A DNA stretch of 64,000 bases from the human T2T-CHM13v2.0 reference genome, Homo sapiens: NCBI RefSeq assembly GCF_009914755.1, contig NC_060930.1. One strand, 5' to 3'. A program made the translations under genes and the position numbers. Shown here piece by piece: positions 1-15,546 of the stretch. A model generated the notes under the pieces. That model was not told the DNA's origin, searched no databases, and worked only from the letters and a program-made list of their open reading frames with translations. Within the stretch, counting starts at the first letter, position 1. The number at the start of each line of letters is the position of its first letter.

Positions 1-570
1 AGTAATGAAAACCTCAGAATGATTAATCTCAAAATGAGTATAATCAGTTTATAAGAGATTAGTAAGTTGAAGGAGATATTCTCTGTCTAAACTTGTTCAT
101 GATTTTAAAAATCGTGACAGGCACTAACAGCAGGTAATTCCATATAAATTAGTACTTGAGCCCCAACAAAGTTGCTTAGAGAAGTTTCTTTTAATTTTAA
201 TATAAGGACTCCCTGAAATATTCAGCATTTATGGCATTGCTGACATTAGTTCATTACAAAAGTGATTTTAGCTACTACTATGGAAAACATAGAGTGAGCG
301 AGAAAATCAAATACCTTGGGAAAATCAGGCAAGTAAATATTTACAAACGACATTTACATTACATAAGACAAATGATTTAAGGGATTTTTTTTCTATTAAA
401 TGATCTTATTTATCTTATTTTATGGTGTTTATACGACTTCAGTGAAACTGCAATATAATTAATGAGCTTAAAATTATAATTACCTTTTAGCTTTTAAATC
501 TTATGATCTTATAGTACTTCAGTCCTGGGGAAAACATGTTTTGCATCTCTTTTTAAGTAACTACAATTTA

Positions 571-937
<367 letters not shown>

Positions 938-1234
938 TTAATGTCTGTTGTCATGCAGACATTTTTTGTCTCTGATAAAATGAGTCCAATCAAAGTGTTG
1001 TTTCAGAAATCTTGTGATTTTAAGGTTTCTAGAATTTTCCTTCGCTACAAGTCTAACGCTAATGCTTGAAGGTTAGAGAGAAGTCATAAAATAATAAAGC
1101 AACAGTATCATTATATAAACAAAAACAAAAATCTTCTTTCAAAAAGCCTTAAGCAGCTCCTTTTTTCTCCAGTGCCAGAAAATTCTGGCCCTTGAATCAT
1201 TTGCAGTGGGCTCACCAGACTTTTCCAAGCCAAC

Positions 1235-1253
1235 ATTGCCATCTGCTGGTGAA
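1235..1253 (-). promoter_or_regulatory. CTCF-like motif
   Basis: Minus strand reads TTCACCAGCAGATGGCAAT, matching the CCASYAGRKGGC core, in unique DNA. Confidence 0.6.
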
Positions 1254-1325
1254 GTTGCTATAATAGCTTATAAAATGAAGTGATGGATGGAGAGCGGAGG
1301 CTTTGTTTTAGCTTTTGTTTTAGTT

Positions 1326-1403
1326 TGACTACCTTGCATAAAAAGTTCATTGAATGTAACAATATTTTAGTAGCAGAATTTAACTAACCTAGTGAGATTT
1401 TAA
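1326..1403 (+). repeat. 78 bp direct repeat, copy 1 (copy 2 at 4061-4138)
   Basis: TGACTACCTTGCATAAAAA...GATTTTAA; 73/78 identical by eye. Confidence 0.9.
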
Positions 1404-1499
1404 CTAAAGCAAAAGAGAAACTAAAATTCTTTAAGAACTAAAATTCTTATGAATTTTATTCAAATTGGCTTCCTGAAAGAATTTCACAATTTGCTGCAG

Positions 1500-1655
1500 A
1501 GACTAAGAGCACGGATATGCATGGCTGTGCTGTTTCCTACCTGTGTGACCTTCATAAGCTCTCTGTACCTTTGCTTTCTCATCCATAAAATAGACATACT
1601 CAGGACAGTGCTTGGCACACAATATGTGCTCAGTGAATATTAGTTGTTATTATTA
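1500..1655 (+). mobile_element. MIR fragment
   Basis: CTGTGTGACCTT...TTTCTCATCCATAAAAT...ACAGTGCTTGGCACA MIR-like core. Confidence 0.6.
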
Positions 1656-2659
1656 TTAATATTTCTTCCTAAGGTAGACATGAAAGAAAGCTTCTTGGTT
1701 ATTTTGGAACACTTCTGATTTCTAAGATATTAATCTGTTTGTTTTCATAATCTTACAATAGCAAAACATAATGGAAAGTCTGAAATTTTACTAAAGTTTT
1801 AATTTTTACTTCTTGAAATTATTTAAGATCTTAAAATATGTTTAATTGAGGGTCATTTCAAGTTATAACCCTTTTTAAAGCAGTATTTCTATCTTGAATG
1901 TTCACATGTTTCTACAAATCCAATTTATTATGGTGCCAAGATTTGAAACATATGTCTATAAGCAAATAAAAAATGGATAATGCTTTTAAAAATGCAGCAT
2001 ATAATTACTAAAAACAGCTTCTAGAATGTGAATATTATTATAGAAGACAAATGGCCGAGCCATTCCCGGATCACATAGTCCCTGAGCCGGAATTCACTGT
2101 GACATTCCCACACTGTTTCTTGTCTCCCGTCAGCCTCTTGTTCCCCTTTCTTCACTTTACAATTTTTTTCTGTAGGATCATGCCCTTTCCGGTGTAAATT
2201 TGCCTATCTTTTCTCAGCTGCTGCCAAATCTTCTCTTCATCAATTACCCTAATCAATACCAAAAAGGCCCAAGAGTAAAGCAGGCCCCTTGAAGTCCTCA
2301 GAAGGTCATGAGGAGGAGGAAATTCTTCCATATTAATATCTGTGTCTCAGTCACATACATATGCTACAAATCACAATGAACACACAGTGCAATTCAATTA
2401 ATAACCCCTATTCCCCAGTGCCAGAGATGTGAGGAAACTGTTACCAGATGTTTCTGTCTTAACTCTATTAGAATCCAATTTTCTAGTCATTGTCTCCTTT
2501 TCTGAATCCCAATCTTGTTAAATCTGAATGGTCACTTTTCTTACATGAGGGCTTTTAGACTAATTACAGAGAACTGCTGCAACACATCTAACACTAGTGT
2601 TTAACGATCACACGCCTTCAAGTCCTCCCAGCCTGCTCCTTGGTGCTCTCATCCCACTA

Positions 2660-3460
2660 AGGATGATCCTTAGCAAACCACATGGCCTTTCATCGCATTA
2701 CTCAGGTTGAAGCCATCTTTAGCTTCTCTTTTTGTCTCACGTCTCAAAGTCAGTCCATAGACAACTCAACAGCTCTGCATTCAAAATACAGCCCTCATCT
2801 GACCTTTTTCATCTCCACCATCGCTAATACCCTAGGCAAGCTGCCATCTTCTTTCCCAGGACTACTGAAATGTCTTCTAATTCACTTTTTATAAGTGTCA
2901 ACCAGATCATGAGCCTTCTCTCTTCTAACTCCTCAATGTCTCCATCTCATATTTCAGATTCCATCCAAAGTCCTTAGAATGGCCTCCAGGCTGCACAGAA
3001 ACCGGGCAGGAATGACCTTATTTCCTTGGACCTTCTTCTTCCACACTGTGCCCAGTCTCACAAGACTTCTAACTCTGCCTGAACATTCCCACTTTAGAGT
3101 ATTCGCACTTGCTGTTTTACCCACCTGGAGCGCTCTTCCCAGATGTTGCAATGACTTGCTTCCTCATATCACTCAGAACCTCTGCTTAAATGTGACTTCT
3201 ACATCCAGGGCTCCCCGAAACATGCTAACAAAGGCAGCCATCCCCTTCCTCACTCCATCCCATTACACTCCGTCCCTGAACCAGCTGAGCCCTATGTTAA
3301 TTTGGAGCACCAGTCACTCCATGATATTATGGATTTATTTGTTGGTGGTATGCCTCTGCCCTAAGATGTCTACTTCATCAAGGTGGGGTCTTTGCCAGTT
3401 CTTCACAACTATACTCCCAGTGCCTACCAGATAGGAGGAATTTTCTAAAATTTATTGAGT
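2660..3460 (+). mobile_element. L2 3' fragment
   Basis: Pyrimidine-rich L2-like sequence ending CCCAGTGCCTA...TTTATTGA. Confidence 0.6.
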
Positions 3461-4060
3461 TTGTGTGAGAATTATTGAAAAAAATGAAACTTTAGGGGCT
3501 CTATTGACTTTTTCTCAGATTTTACATTTAATTATCTAAAGTAATAATTATCACTTATAGAATACGTGCTAAGTGATAAATACTAAGCATTTAACACACA
3601 TTATCTGACTTAATCCTCATAGTAATGCCAAAAGAATTACTGAATTGAATGTGTTTTCTTCGATTGCCTGGTGACCCTGGTTATCCATTCATTTTCAAAA
3701 GTTAAGAAAATTCTTGTTATAAACTACTGAGAAAGGAAAGGAAAAAGAAAGTGCTTCATCAATACAAATAAGTAGCATAGATTTTCTCAGACACTGTGTA
3801 GATACATTTCCAAAACAAGCCTTTTCCCTGGATTTAAACTGGCTTAAGCTAGTCCAACCATTAGAAACAGATCATTGCTGGGACACGTCAGTAGTCTCCA
3901 GTGACTAAAGGTAGTAGAGAGTGAGAGGTGTTCCCACACAACCTTACTATCAGGTATATGTTATGATGAAAGCAAGTTTCAGGTTGAATTATGGCTCAAA
4001 CAAATAGCTTTTAGCAAGCTGGCCCAATAACAGCTATATAATCTGTTTTTACAAGATCTG

Positions 4061-4138
4061 TGACTACCTTGCATAAAAACTTCATTGAATGTAACAATAT
4101 TTTAGTAGGAAGATTTAACTAACCTAGTGTGATTTTAA
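4061..4138 (+). repeat. 78 bp direct repeat, copy 2
   Basis: Matches 1326-1403. Confidence 0.9.
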
Positions 4139-4583
4139 AGTAGCATGATCAGGTTTTCTTTGGAGCCCTAGAACAAGAAATTTGAAAGGTATGGGAAGCT
4201 GCACTCATTGGATTCTGATATCCCAGCTCATGCAAGGGCAACCATTCTTGCATAATATTTTTTAGCAAATCACATAACTTGAACACCATTCATTTCAACA
4301 ATTAAAAAATGAATTCTAACAGCTCTTATGCTGGTAAACAATCCTTATAGTGCAGATGGAAATCACCGAAGCCTGTAGGAGTAGCCTCTGCAGGGAGGCT
4401 GCCTGATTAGAGTGTTTCAAATGCTAACCACTTCTGGAGCATGTATTCTTGATTAGGGAAAACATGCTTCAGATGTCAAATAACCTATCCTAGGGCCTTC
4501 ACACTTCATATATATATCACACTGTCCAAGTTTAAGTAAGAAAATATTTGCAAACTATTCATCTGACAAGAAATTAATAACTG

Positions 4584-4876
4584 GGCCGGGCAGGGTGGCT
4601 CACGCCTGTAATCCCAGCACTTTGGGAGGCCGAGGCAGGCGGATCACGAGGTCAGGAGATCGAGACCATCCTGGCTAACATGGTGAAACCCCGTCTCTAC
4701 TAAAAATACAAAAAAATTAGCTGGGCGTGGTGGCGGGTGCCTGTAGTCCCAGCTACTCAGGAGGCTGAGGCGAGAGAATGGCGTGAACCCGGGAGGTGGA
4801 GCTTGCAGTAAGCGGAGATCGCACCACTGCACTCCAGCCTGGGCAACAAAGCAAGACTCCGTCAAAAAAAAAAAAA
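4584..4876 (+). mobile_element. AluY
   Basis: AluY diagnostics (GAGATCGAGACCATCCTGGCTAAC, GGAGCTTGC); TSD AAGAAATTAATAACTGG. Confidence 0.95.
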
Positions 4877-5316
4877 GAAATTAATAACTGGAATATATAA
4901 GGAATTCCAACAACTCAACAACTCAATAGCAAAATAATAATAATAATAATCTTATTAAAATGGGCAAAATACATGAATAGACATTTCTCAAAAGAAGTCA
5001 TAGAAATGTCCAAGTATATAAAAAATGCTGTGTCACTAATCATCAGGAAAACTCAAATCAAAAGCACAGTGAGATATCATCTCATTCTAGTTAGAATGGC
5101 TATTATCAAAAAGACAAAAAATGACAAATGCTGGTGAGAATGTGGAGACAGGCGAACACTTGTACACTGTTGGTGGGGTTGTAAAGTAGTGCAGCTATTA
5201 TGGGAAACAGTATGGAGGTTCCTCAAAGAACTAAAACTATACCTACCATATGATCCATCAATCCCACTGCTGAATATATATCCAAAAGAAAGGAAATCAG
5301 TATATCAAAGAGATAT

Positions 5317-5476
5317 CTCACCGCACAGCCAGGTAGCCGCAGACACACATCTCCATGAACCGCTTGAAAGTTGTGGCCTCCATCTTGCCCCCCATGATTA
5401 TCACCATCTCATCCATCAGCTTGATGTCGGGTTCCTAGCCGAGATTGCTGCCCGGCGAGCTTCTCAGACCCGTGGA
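5317..5476 (-). pseudogene. Tailless fragment of PI4KA (PI 4-kinase alpha) kinase-domain coding sequence
   Basis: Minus strand 5461-5321 translates [46 protein letters not shown], versus recalled PI4[49 protein letters not shown] (40/47); the L1 resumes on both sides. Confidence 0.85.
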
Positions 5477-6369
5477 CACTTGCATGTTTATTGCAGCCCT
5501 ACTCACAATAGCCAAGATATGGAATCAACCCAAGTGTCCATCAACAGATGAATGGATAAAGACAGTGGAATATTATTCAGCCACGAAAAAGAACAAAATC
5601 CTGTCATTTGCAACAACATGAATAGAACTGGAGGTCATTATGTTAAGTGAAATAAGCCAGGCACAGAAAGACAAATATCGCATATCCTCATTAACATGTG
5701 GGAGCTAAATTCTGGATCTCATGGAGGTAGAGAGTAAAATGGTGGTTACCAGAAGCTGGGAAGGAAAGAGGGAGGGAGGGGGATAAAGAGAAGTTGATTA
5801 AGGGGTACCAAAATATATTTAGATAGAAGGAATAAGTCTGGTAATTGATAGTACAGTAGGGAAATTATAGTTAACAGTAATTTATTGTATATTTCAAAAT
5901 AGCTAAAAATAAGAATTGTTATGTCCCCAACACAAAGAAAATACAAATAATTGATGTGATAGCTATCCTGATTACCCTGATTTGATCATTACACATTGTA
6001 TACATGTATCAAAACATCACATGTGCCCCCAAAATCTGTACAGCTATTATATACCAATAAATTTTTTAATGTAAATTATAAATCATAGAACAGAACAGTC
6101 TCAGTGAGAAGCCAACTCCAGAGCTGTGTGAGAGGAGAAGCTGGGCAGACAGTCAGACAGACCCTATGATGCCTTTATGGGTAGTGAGCAGGCCATAACA
6201 AATCCTCAGTGTTGCCAAGGAAAGACTTTCCTGAAGTGGAGGCCTTTGCTGCATTTCATTTTCAGGAGAAGCAAACTTGACTTTTATTCCCACCTGGCCC
6301 TGTGGTCAAGTTGGAAGTTACCTTGGGCTTTCATCTGCATCTGTTGGCCTCCATGTGGGAGCTCTCTAG

Positions 6370-7283
<914 letters not shown>

Positions 7284-7709
7284 GGGTAGTGGGAGCGTGA
7301 GTTGGGGTAACCACCGAGTGCTGGGTTCTTTCATGACCTTGTGGCTACACCTAAAGCTGTCCACAGAGGCTGGGAACTGCAGGTATCCCTGGCGCACCAT
7401 TAGGAAAAAAGCTCCAGTCTGTGTACATGTCCCTCTCTCAGCTATTTTGGTTTGTGGCTTCTCTTCACAGAACACTTCATCAATATATGCCCATATGATG
7501 TCTATTTCCCAGGAATTCTTTGAAATTTCTGTTTCATTGATGGCACCCTTCTCCAGTTACCATATTCCTATCTCTGGCTGTTATTTTTGTCAGGAGAGGT
7601 GCTAAATATTTTTGTTACTGGATAATCTGTAGTGCTTGTTATGTTAGACTAGAAGGAAGGAAAGCAACTTTTCCACCCCTACTGATATTTGTTAGAAAAA
7701 AGTAAGGCT

Positions 7710-7838
<129 letters not shown>

Positions 7839-8617
7839 AAGGCTTAGATTTCTGGGAGATATGTTTTTCTGCACTGTCCTCTAGCTCTAAATAAGCACAA
7901 AACTACTCTTAAACTTCTTCGTTTTCTAGGAATTTTGCTGAAGAAAGCTTCACCATTTTGTTTGGAAGATTAGGCACATCAAGGAATTAAGCTGTAGCTG
8001 CCATGGATATGGGCATGCGCTTGGAGGAAGGGATGATAATAGTTACAGAAATATGGTGTCATCTTGTATATTTTATGCAAACCAAGTCAACTGACATAAA
8101 AGTCTACATTTTAATTGGAGTAATGGGGCACCCAAAGTCATTGGACTATAACAATTTCTTATAAAATTATTATATATATTTCTTTTATAGGAAGGAAATT
8201 CATTTTGATAGTTTCAGTTTACTTGCTCCAATAACTTTTTCCTTCAAAAATGGTTACTGGATTGGGCATTCTTGTGACACTATAGACATTATGTCACTTT
8301 TGATAAGTTTTAATTTTGAGAAGCCACATTCTCCACTGGTGACCAATTTTGGCAAAGTTACATCTATTCTGTAAAATTAAAAGAAAGTTTTAAAAAATCC
8401 ATCTAGGAAATTGTCCCTCAAAATTATGCTGCACTCCAATGAGATTTATCATAGGTTTTAGGAAAAGCTTCTGTGTTGGTGCCCATCAATATGGAATTCC
8501 TTACTATGGTCAACAGTCAATTTAAATTGTAAATGTGTCATTTGAGTTACATAGTTATAGTAGTTCTGCAGATAACACTGGTCATCTTGCATTGAAGAGA
8601 CCAGGATGTTCTTTTGA

Positions 8618-8930
<313 letters not shown>

Positions 8931-9531
8931 ACGTTTTCTTTTAAAAATAGTGCTGTTATATCTAACGTAAACAAAGAATTGATATTGACTTTTAGTTTTG
9001 GCTCATAGGTGGAACAGACTTTGTGTTGAGAAAAATCATAATAGTTCTAGTATTTTCTATGTAGACAAGTTGGCATTAATATCAATAGACTGCCATTTGG
9101 TGTCAATTAGATATCATAAACACAATTTGTTTTTCCTCAAAGACTTTCTTCTTGCCTTTGATGATTTCAAAGGCATTATGTACACTGAATTCTTTTGTTT
9201 ATAACATTAATTTCACTTAAAATATCATGTCCCATTAATACTGACAAAATGAATTTGGTGACTTTTTTTTCAGAAGTATAATTTTTGCTTGTATTCTAGT
9301 GCCTATTAATACATTAATATTTTCTAAAAGCAATTGCATACTTCTACTTGAGATTTTGTATTAACTTTCCAATTGTGTTTTAAAGTTTTTAAATGTATCC
9401 CTGTTAAATGTTTTTACATATATTCCATCATTTCATTGTAGACTAAAATTAATACTTTTTAAAGATCTCCTACTGAAAACTGTTGTTTTTCTATTTGCAT
9501 TTCTGGCATTGTTTTCAATGTATATATACAC

Positions 9532-9848
9532 ATAGTTGTCCCTCATTCTCCATGGGGGATTGGTTTCAGGACCTCCTGTGGATACCAAAATCCACCGAGC
9601 TCAAGTCCCTGATATAAATTTACATATAACCTGTGCATATCCTCCTGTGTGTTTTAAATCATCTCTTGATTACTTATAATACCTAATACAATGTAATACT
9701 ACGTAAGCAGTTGTTTTTATACTGAATTGTTAGGAAATAATGACAAGAAGTCTGTACATATTCAGTACAGATGCAACTAAAAAAAAATTCTGATCCTAAG
9801 TTGACTGAATCCATGGATGTGGAACCCACAGATTCAGAGGGCTATTGA
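9532..9848 (+). mobile_element. MER2 (Tigger-family DNA transposon)
   Basis: GTCCCTC...GGGGGATTGGTT...GATACCAAAATCC...CAGAGGG termini. Confidence 0.75.
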
Positions 9849-9879
9849 CAGAGGGAGGGACAGAGAGAGAGAGAGATCA

Positions 9880-10440
9880 CAGATCTGGTTGCTTACTCTT
9901 TGCATGCCTTCAAGGGAGTCTGGAACCAAGATTGGCCTTTGGCCAACCCCTGGGAATGTGGCCCTTAGAATGTTCTTTATGTTAGTGATTGATGATTTTG
10001 TTGTTTACACCTAGAGCAGTGGACCATGCTATACCAGCTTGTCAGGTTGCTTTGCACAAACATCAAGATAGATAAGGTGCCCCCATTCTCATTGCCAAGG
10101 TTCTGAGTCTCAGTTACAATGGCTGGTTTGATTGCAGGATATGCCTGTAGGGTCAGCACCCCATAAAAGCTTCCAACCCTGAGATCTGAATGGCTTTCCG
10201 GGGCATATATACTCCACACATGTCAATGAAGCTCATTAAGAGTGAAAAAGCACATTCTCTGTAGCTTCATATGAGAAAGGACTCAGAAGCCCTTTCTAGC
10301 CTATCTGTATTTCACCAGGACATATATTTTTCCTGCTGTTTTGCTCTGTATTCATTGCTGTGAGATATCTTCTCCATGAATATAACCTGCTATTGAGCCT
10401 GTAAGTCCTTCTAGTGAATCACCAAACTTGAAGCAATTAT
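9880..10440 (+). mobile_element. LTR remnant (MER21/MER77-like)
   Basis: Loose similarity to recalled consensus. Confidence 0.35.
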
Positions 10441-10959
10441 GAGAGTATCAAAGCATCATATTAGCAGCCCTATAATCTACTGGACAAAATTCCCCCAAAT
10501 GTTCAAGTCTAGAAATGTTTGCATTTTGGGAATCTACAAATCCAGACATAATTATCTGAATTATATGGCTTACTTACATCAGGAGTTTTATCTAAAATGA
10601 CTAAGTAATTAGCATTTCCTAACTCTCCAAAATTATTTTATTTATCCCATCTTCTATAACTTGAATCACTTGGTTTTGTATTTCATTAACATTCAGTTTC
10701 TGTATAAATGTTCATATAAAATTATGCTACGGTTTCTGCTAAGGGAGTAAAATTTCCCATATCACACTCAAAACATTTTTGGATGATCTTTTTGTGCTAG
10801 ATGTTGTTTTGCTAAAATCTGAGTCATGTGTATACACACTGAGTTACAGCCAATATTTTTCCTTATATAGTCTCTGCAGCATTCATGTTTTTTTCAAATC
10901 AGATTTTAATTTCAAAGACACACGACTATTATTGAAGTCTTATGAAAACTAATTGCTCA

Positions 10960-11575
10960 ATTAACTTTCTATTGCTGCATGACAAATTACCACAAGTTTA
11001 GTGACTTAAAACAATACCCACTTACCAGTTCACCGTTCTGTGTAGGTCAAAAGTCCAGGCACTTTGCAGCTGGGTTGTCTGCTCAGGTTCTCACAAGACT
11101 GAAATCAAGGATGGACCAGCTTCATCCTTACCTGGAGTTCAGGGTCCTCTTTCATCTCACTCAGGATATGGGCAGAACTCACTTCCTTGTAGTTTTAGGA
11201 CTGTGGTCCCTGTTCTTTTGCTGGTTGTCAGCCAGGGCGATACTTAGCTCTGAGGGGCCATTCTGAGTCCCTTGTCATGTAGTACCCTTTGTCTTTAAAG
11301 GCAGCAATAGAGAATCTTCCTTGTGCTAGAGGCTTCTTACATTTAAAATCTCTGTCTCCAGGAAGAGCTCAGTCCCTTTTCAAGGGCACATCTGATTAGG
11401 TCAGGCCAACTGAATATAACCTCCCTTTCTTAAAGTCAACTACAGTAATCTAGCCATAGGAGTGACTATTCTATTATATTTACAGTTCAGTCTCATACTC
11501 AAAAGGAGGGAATTACACAGGTTGTGTACGTCAAGGGGCAGCAACCTTGGGGACCAGCTTAGCATTCTACCTTCT
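10960..11575 (-). mobile_element. MLT1 (MaLR) LTR
   Basis: TTGCTGCATGACAAATTACCACAA...TTAAAACAA MLT1 terminus. Confidence 0.7.
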
Positions 11576-11970
11576 GAGGCAGGAGAAAAGGGTCTGGAGG
11601 CAGGGAACGTAAGGCTGATTTGCGCCGACTTCCTAGAGCTAAATCAAAAGGAAAACTCCAACTTTCCATGCCCAAGTAACAAAAGAGCCAAAGGCTACTC
11701 CCTTTGCAACCCCCATCTTTTCTGTGTGGCAGATAAAAAACTGAAAATACCTCTGACTGGTCCCCTCCTACAACCAATCAGCCTGGTCGCCGGGCCAGGT
11801 CTTCATTTGCATAGGAGTATAACTTTGTAACTTCACTTCAGTCTCTGATTGATTGGTCACTGTCCACAACCAAACAGACTGATCACAGGGCACTACTTCA
11901 TTTACATAGGGTGTACACAAAGTAACCAATGGGAAACCTCTAAAGGGTATTTGAACCCCAGAAAATTCTA
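11576..11970 (+). mobile_element. MER51-like ERV1 LTR, 3'-truncated
   Basis: Starts TGAGGCAGGAGAAAAGGGTCTGGAGGCAGGGAAC; contains CCAAT boxes and octamer ATTTGCAT. Confidence 0.7.
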
Positions 11971-12066
11971 TACCCACTAAATAACAAATTCCCATTTTCT
12001 CCTCCCAATATTTTTTCAATTTTAAATCAATTTAACTTGTTAATTTTTATAATTATAAAATTTCTT

Positions 12067-12300
12067 CCAGCACTTTGGGAGGCCAAGGCAGGAGGATCGC
12101 TTGAACCCAGGAGCTCAAGACCAGCCTGAGCAACATGGGGAAACCCTGTCTCTACCAAAAAAAAAAAAAAAAATTGGTGGGTGCAGTGGTGCATGCCTGC
12201 GGTCCCCAGCTATTCAGAAGGCTAAGGCAGGAGAAACACCTGAGCCCAGAGCAAGACCCTATCTTAAAAAAAAACAAAAACAAAAACAAACAAACAAAAA
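12067..12300 (+). mobile_element. AluJ-like, internally deleted
   Basis: Alu arms with deletion in right arm; (CAAA)n tail. Confidence 0.85.
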
Positions 12301-12395
12301 ACCAATAGCAAGAAAAACAATGGCTATAATGCAATTAGCCTATCATTATATTAAAATATTTAGTTTATGTCTATAATTCTCATTTTGTTGATTAT

Positions 12396-12739
12396 TGTAT
12401 TAGTCCATTTTCACACTGCTAATAAAGACACACCCGAGACTGGGTAATTTATACAGGAAAAGGGTTTAATGGACTCACAGTTCCACGTGGCCAGGGAGGC
12501 CTCACAATCCTGGGGGAAGGTGAAAGGCACATCTCACATGGTGGCAGACAAGAGAAGGGAGCTTGTGTAGGGAAACTCCCCTTTATAAAACTATCAGATC
12601 TCATGAGCCTTATTTGCTGTCATGAGAACAGCATGGGAAAGACCTGCCCTCATGATTCAATCACTTTCTCTTGGGTCCCTCCCACAACACATGGGAATTC
12701 AAGATGAGATTTGGGTAGGGACACAGACAAACCATATCA
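12396..12739 (-). mobile_element. THE1-family solo LTR
   Basis: TGTATTAGTCC...AAACCATATCA; 5 bp TSD ATTAT. Confidence 0.9.
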
Positions 12740-13275
12740 ATTATCAAGAGTTATTATATCATAATTCACATCACTGATAATAGAAATACCTGTAGATTTA
12801 AATTGAGAACTCAGCAATAAAATTCTGGAATAGTAAACAAACAGCAGATTCTATGAATTGCATTATGAAATGTCAAATTTAACATATGCATTAATACTGA
12901 TAAAATATTTTTTTACAACAGAGATGCATCAGCTTATCAATTGGAAAGGCAGCTCCTTATTTAGATGCACAGGTTATTTTAGTATTGTTTGGTCAACAAG
13001 GTCATTAGATGATCAAACTTGCTTCTCTGAAATCAGCACTGAAGTTCTGTTACTTATATAATACATGTGCATTCTCAAGTACACCTATCTTCTCCTTAGG
13101 CCCTTATTATCTCACTTTATTCTACTGCATTAGTCTCCTATGTGACTTCTCTCTGAGACTTCTTTGGGCTTCAGTCCACTCTTGATATCGTTGCCAAATT
13201 AATTTTCCTAACACCAAATTCTGATCTTGTCAACCACAACTGAAAAATACTGAATGAATTTTCATGGCTTAGAAT

Positions 13276-13415
13276 AATGGTTCTCAAATGTTGCTAAAAG
13301 TTAGCATCAGCTGGAGAGCTTTCAAAATTCTGATGCACAAGCCACACTCCAGTCTAATTAAATGAGAACCTTGGGATGGAGTGAAGTGGGGGGCGGGAAT
13401 GAGACCTAGGCATCA
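13276..13415 (+). mobile_element. MER5-like fragment
   Basis: TGGTTCTCAAA start; matching GAGAACCACT end near 14350. Confidence 0.55.
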
Positions 13416-13419
13416 GTAG

Positions 13420-13582
13420 GTTTGTTTTTTTTTTTTTGAGACGGAGTCTCTCTTTGTGGCCCAGGCTGGAGTGCAGTGGCGTGATCTCGGCTCACTGCAA
13501 CCTCCACCTCCCTGGTACCAGTTCAAGCAATTATCCCTACCTCAGCCTCTTGAGTAGCTGGGATTACAGGCATGCGCCACCA
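13420..13582 (-). mobile_element. 5'-truncated Alu
   Basis: Right arm only; TSD AGGCATCAGTAG. Confidence 0.9.
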
Positions 13583-13603
13583 AGGCATCAGTAGTTTTTA
13601 ATA

Positions 13604-14322
<719 letters not shown>

Positions 14323-14757
14323 CCACAGAAAATTTTGCTGCTTCTTACTGAGAACCACTAGGCTAGACTAGTTAGAGATAACCTAATCAGATCAAAAACT
14401 TTAAAAATGTTTATTGATTATAATAATAATAAGGTGTGAACCAGGAATGAAAACTCCTTACTTCATCCTACATTGAGAAATGACAAACATTACATTGATG
14501 CCTTTACTTTTAGAAACTGCAACAAATTCAAATCTGATTCAGGCTTTCTAGCCTATTACAATTCCCTTGGCCCATGATCTATATGGAGTTGGAAGGGCTC
14601 ATGTAGCACATGACCTATTATACAGCTTACTGGGGAAACAGGGTCCTATTTCTCAAGCTTCACCAGAGCAGAAACTTCATCTATCTTATTTAAAGATGTA
14701 TTCTCAGAACCTTGAACAATGTTTCATATTGGATATTTAAAATTTACTTGATAACGA

Positions 14758-15047
<290 letters not shown>

Positions 15048-15155
15048 TTATTTGATAAAGATATGCAATTCTCCAATTAATGATTTGAGATCCATACAAT
15101 CCTATATAATCACCTCCCCTCCTTTCCTCCTAAATTATAAAAGTCATCCATCTTT

Positions 15156-15174
15156 CAAACACTAGGTGGCGCTG
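15156..15174 (+). promoter_or_regulatory. CTCF-like motif
   Basis: CAAACACTAGGTGGCGCTG, close to CCACTAGGTGGCGC; CpG retained. Confidence 0.55.
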
Positions 15175-15240
15175 GTCAGCCCACAGGCACTAAAGGCTCT
15201 TTTAAAACTGCCACATGGTGTCCCTGTTGAGCACCAATCC

Positions 15241-15546
15241 TGCATTCATTCATTCATTCAAGACAGTCTTGCTCTGTCACCCAGGCTGAAGTGCAGTGGA
15301 GTGAACATAGCTCACTGACTGCAGACTCAAACTCCTGGGCTTAAGTGATTCTCTCACTTCAGCCTCCTGAGTAGCTGGGACTATAGTTGCACACCACCAT
15401 GCCTCGCTAATTCTTTTTTGTAGAGACGGGGGTCTCACTATGTTGTCCAGGCTTGTCTTGAACTCCTGGCCTCAAAAGATCCTCCTGCCTTGGCCTCAGC
15501 TTCCCAGAGTGCTAAGATTACAAGTGTGAGCCACTATGCCCAGCCT
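15241..15546 (-). mobile_element. AluJ with (CATT)n tail
   Basis: Diverged antisense Alu. Confidence 0.9.

Larger units (their letters stand above)
4538..6065 (+). mobile_element. Old L1 (L1MA-like) ORF2 end and 3' UTR, interrupted by an AluY and the PI4KA fragment
   Basis: ORF2 C-terminal peptide WETVWRFLKELK..LPYDPSIPLL.IYPKE; L1M-type 3' UTR. Confidence 0.9.

Noticed and set aside
2979-3434. 151 aa ORF
   Set aside because: Lies within an L2 remnant; no recognisable domain or splice structure.
5189-5551. 120 aa plus-strand ORF
   Set aside because: Chimera of decayed L1 ORF2 and the antisense of the PI4KA fragment; GTG start; not a gene.
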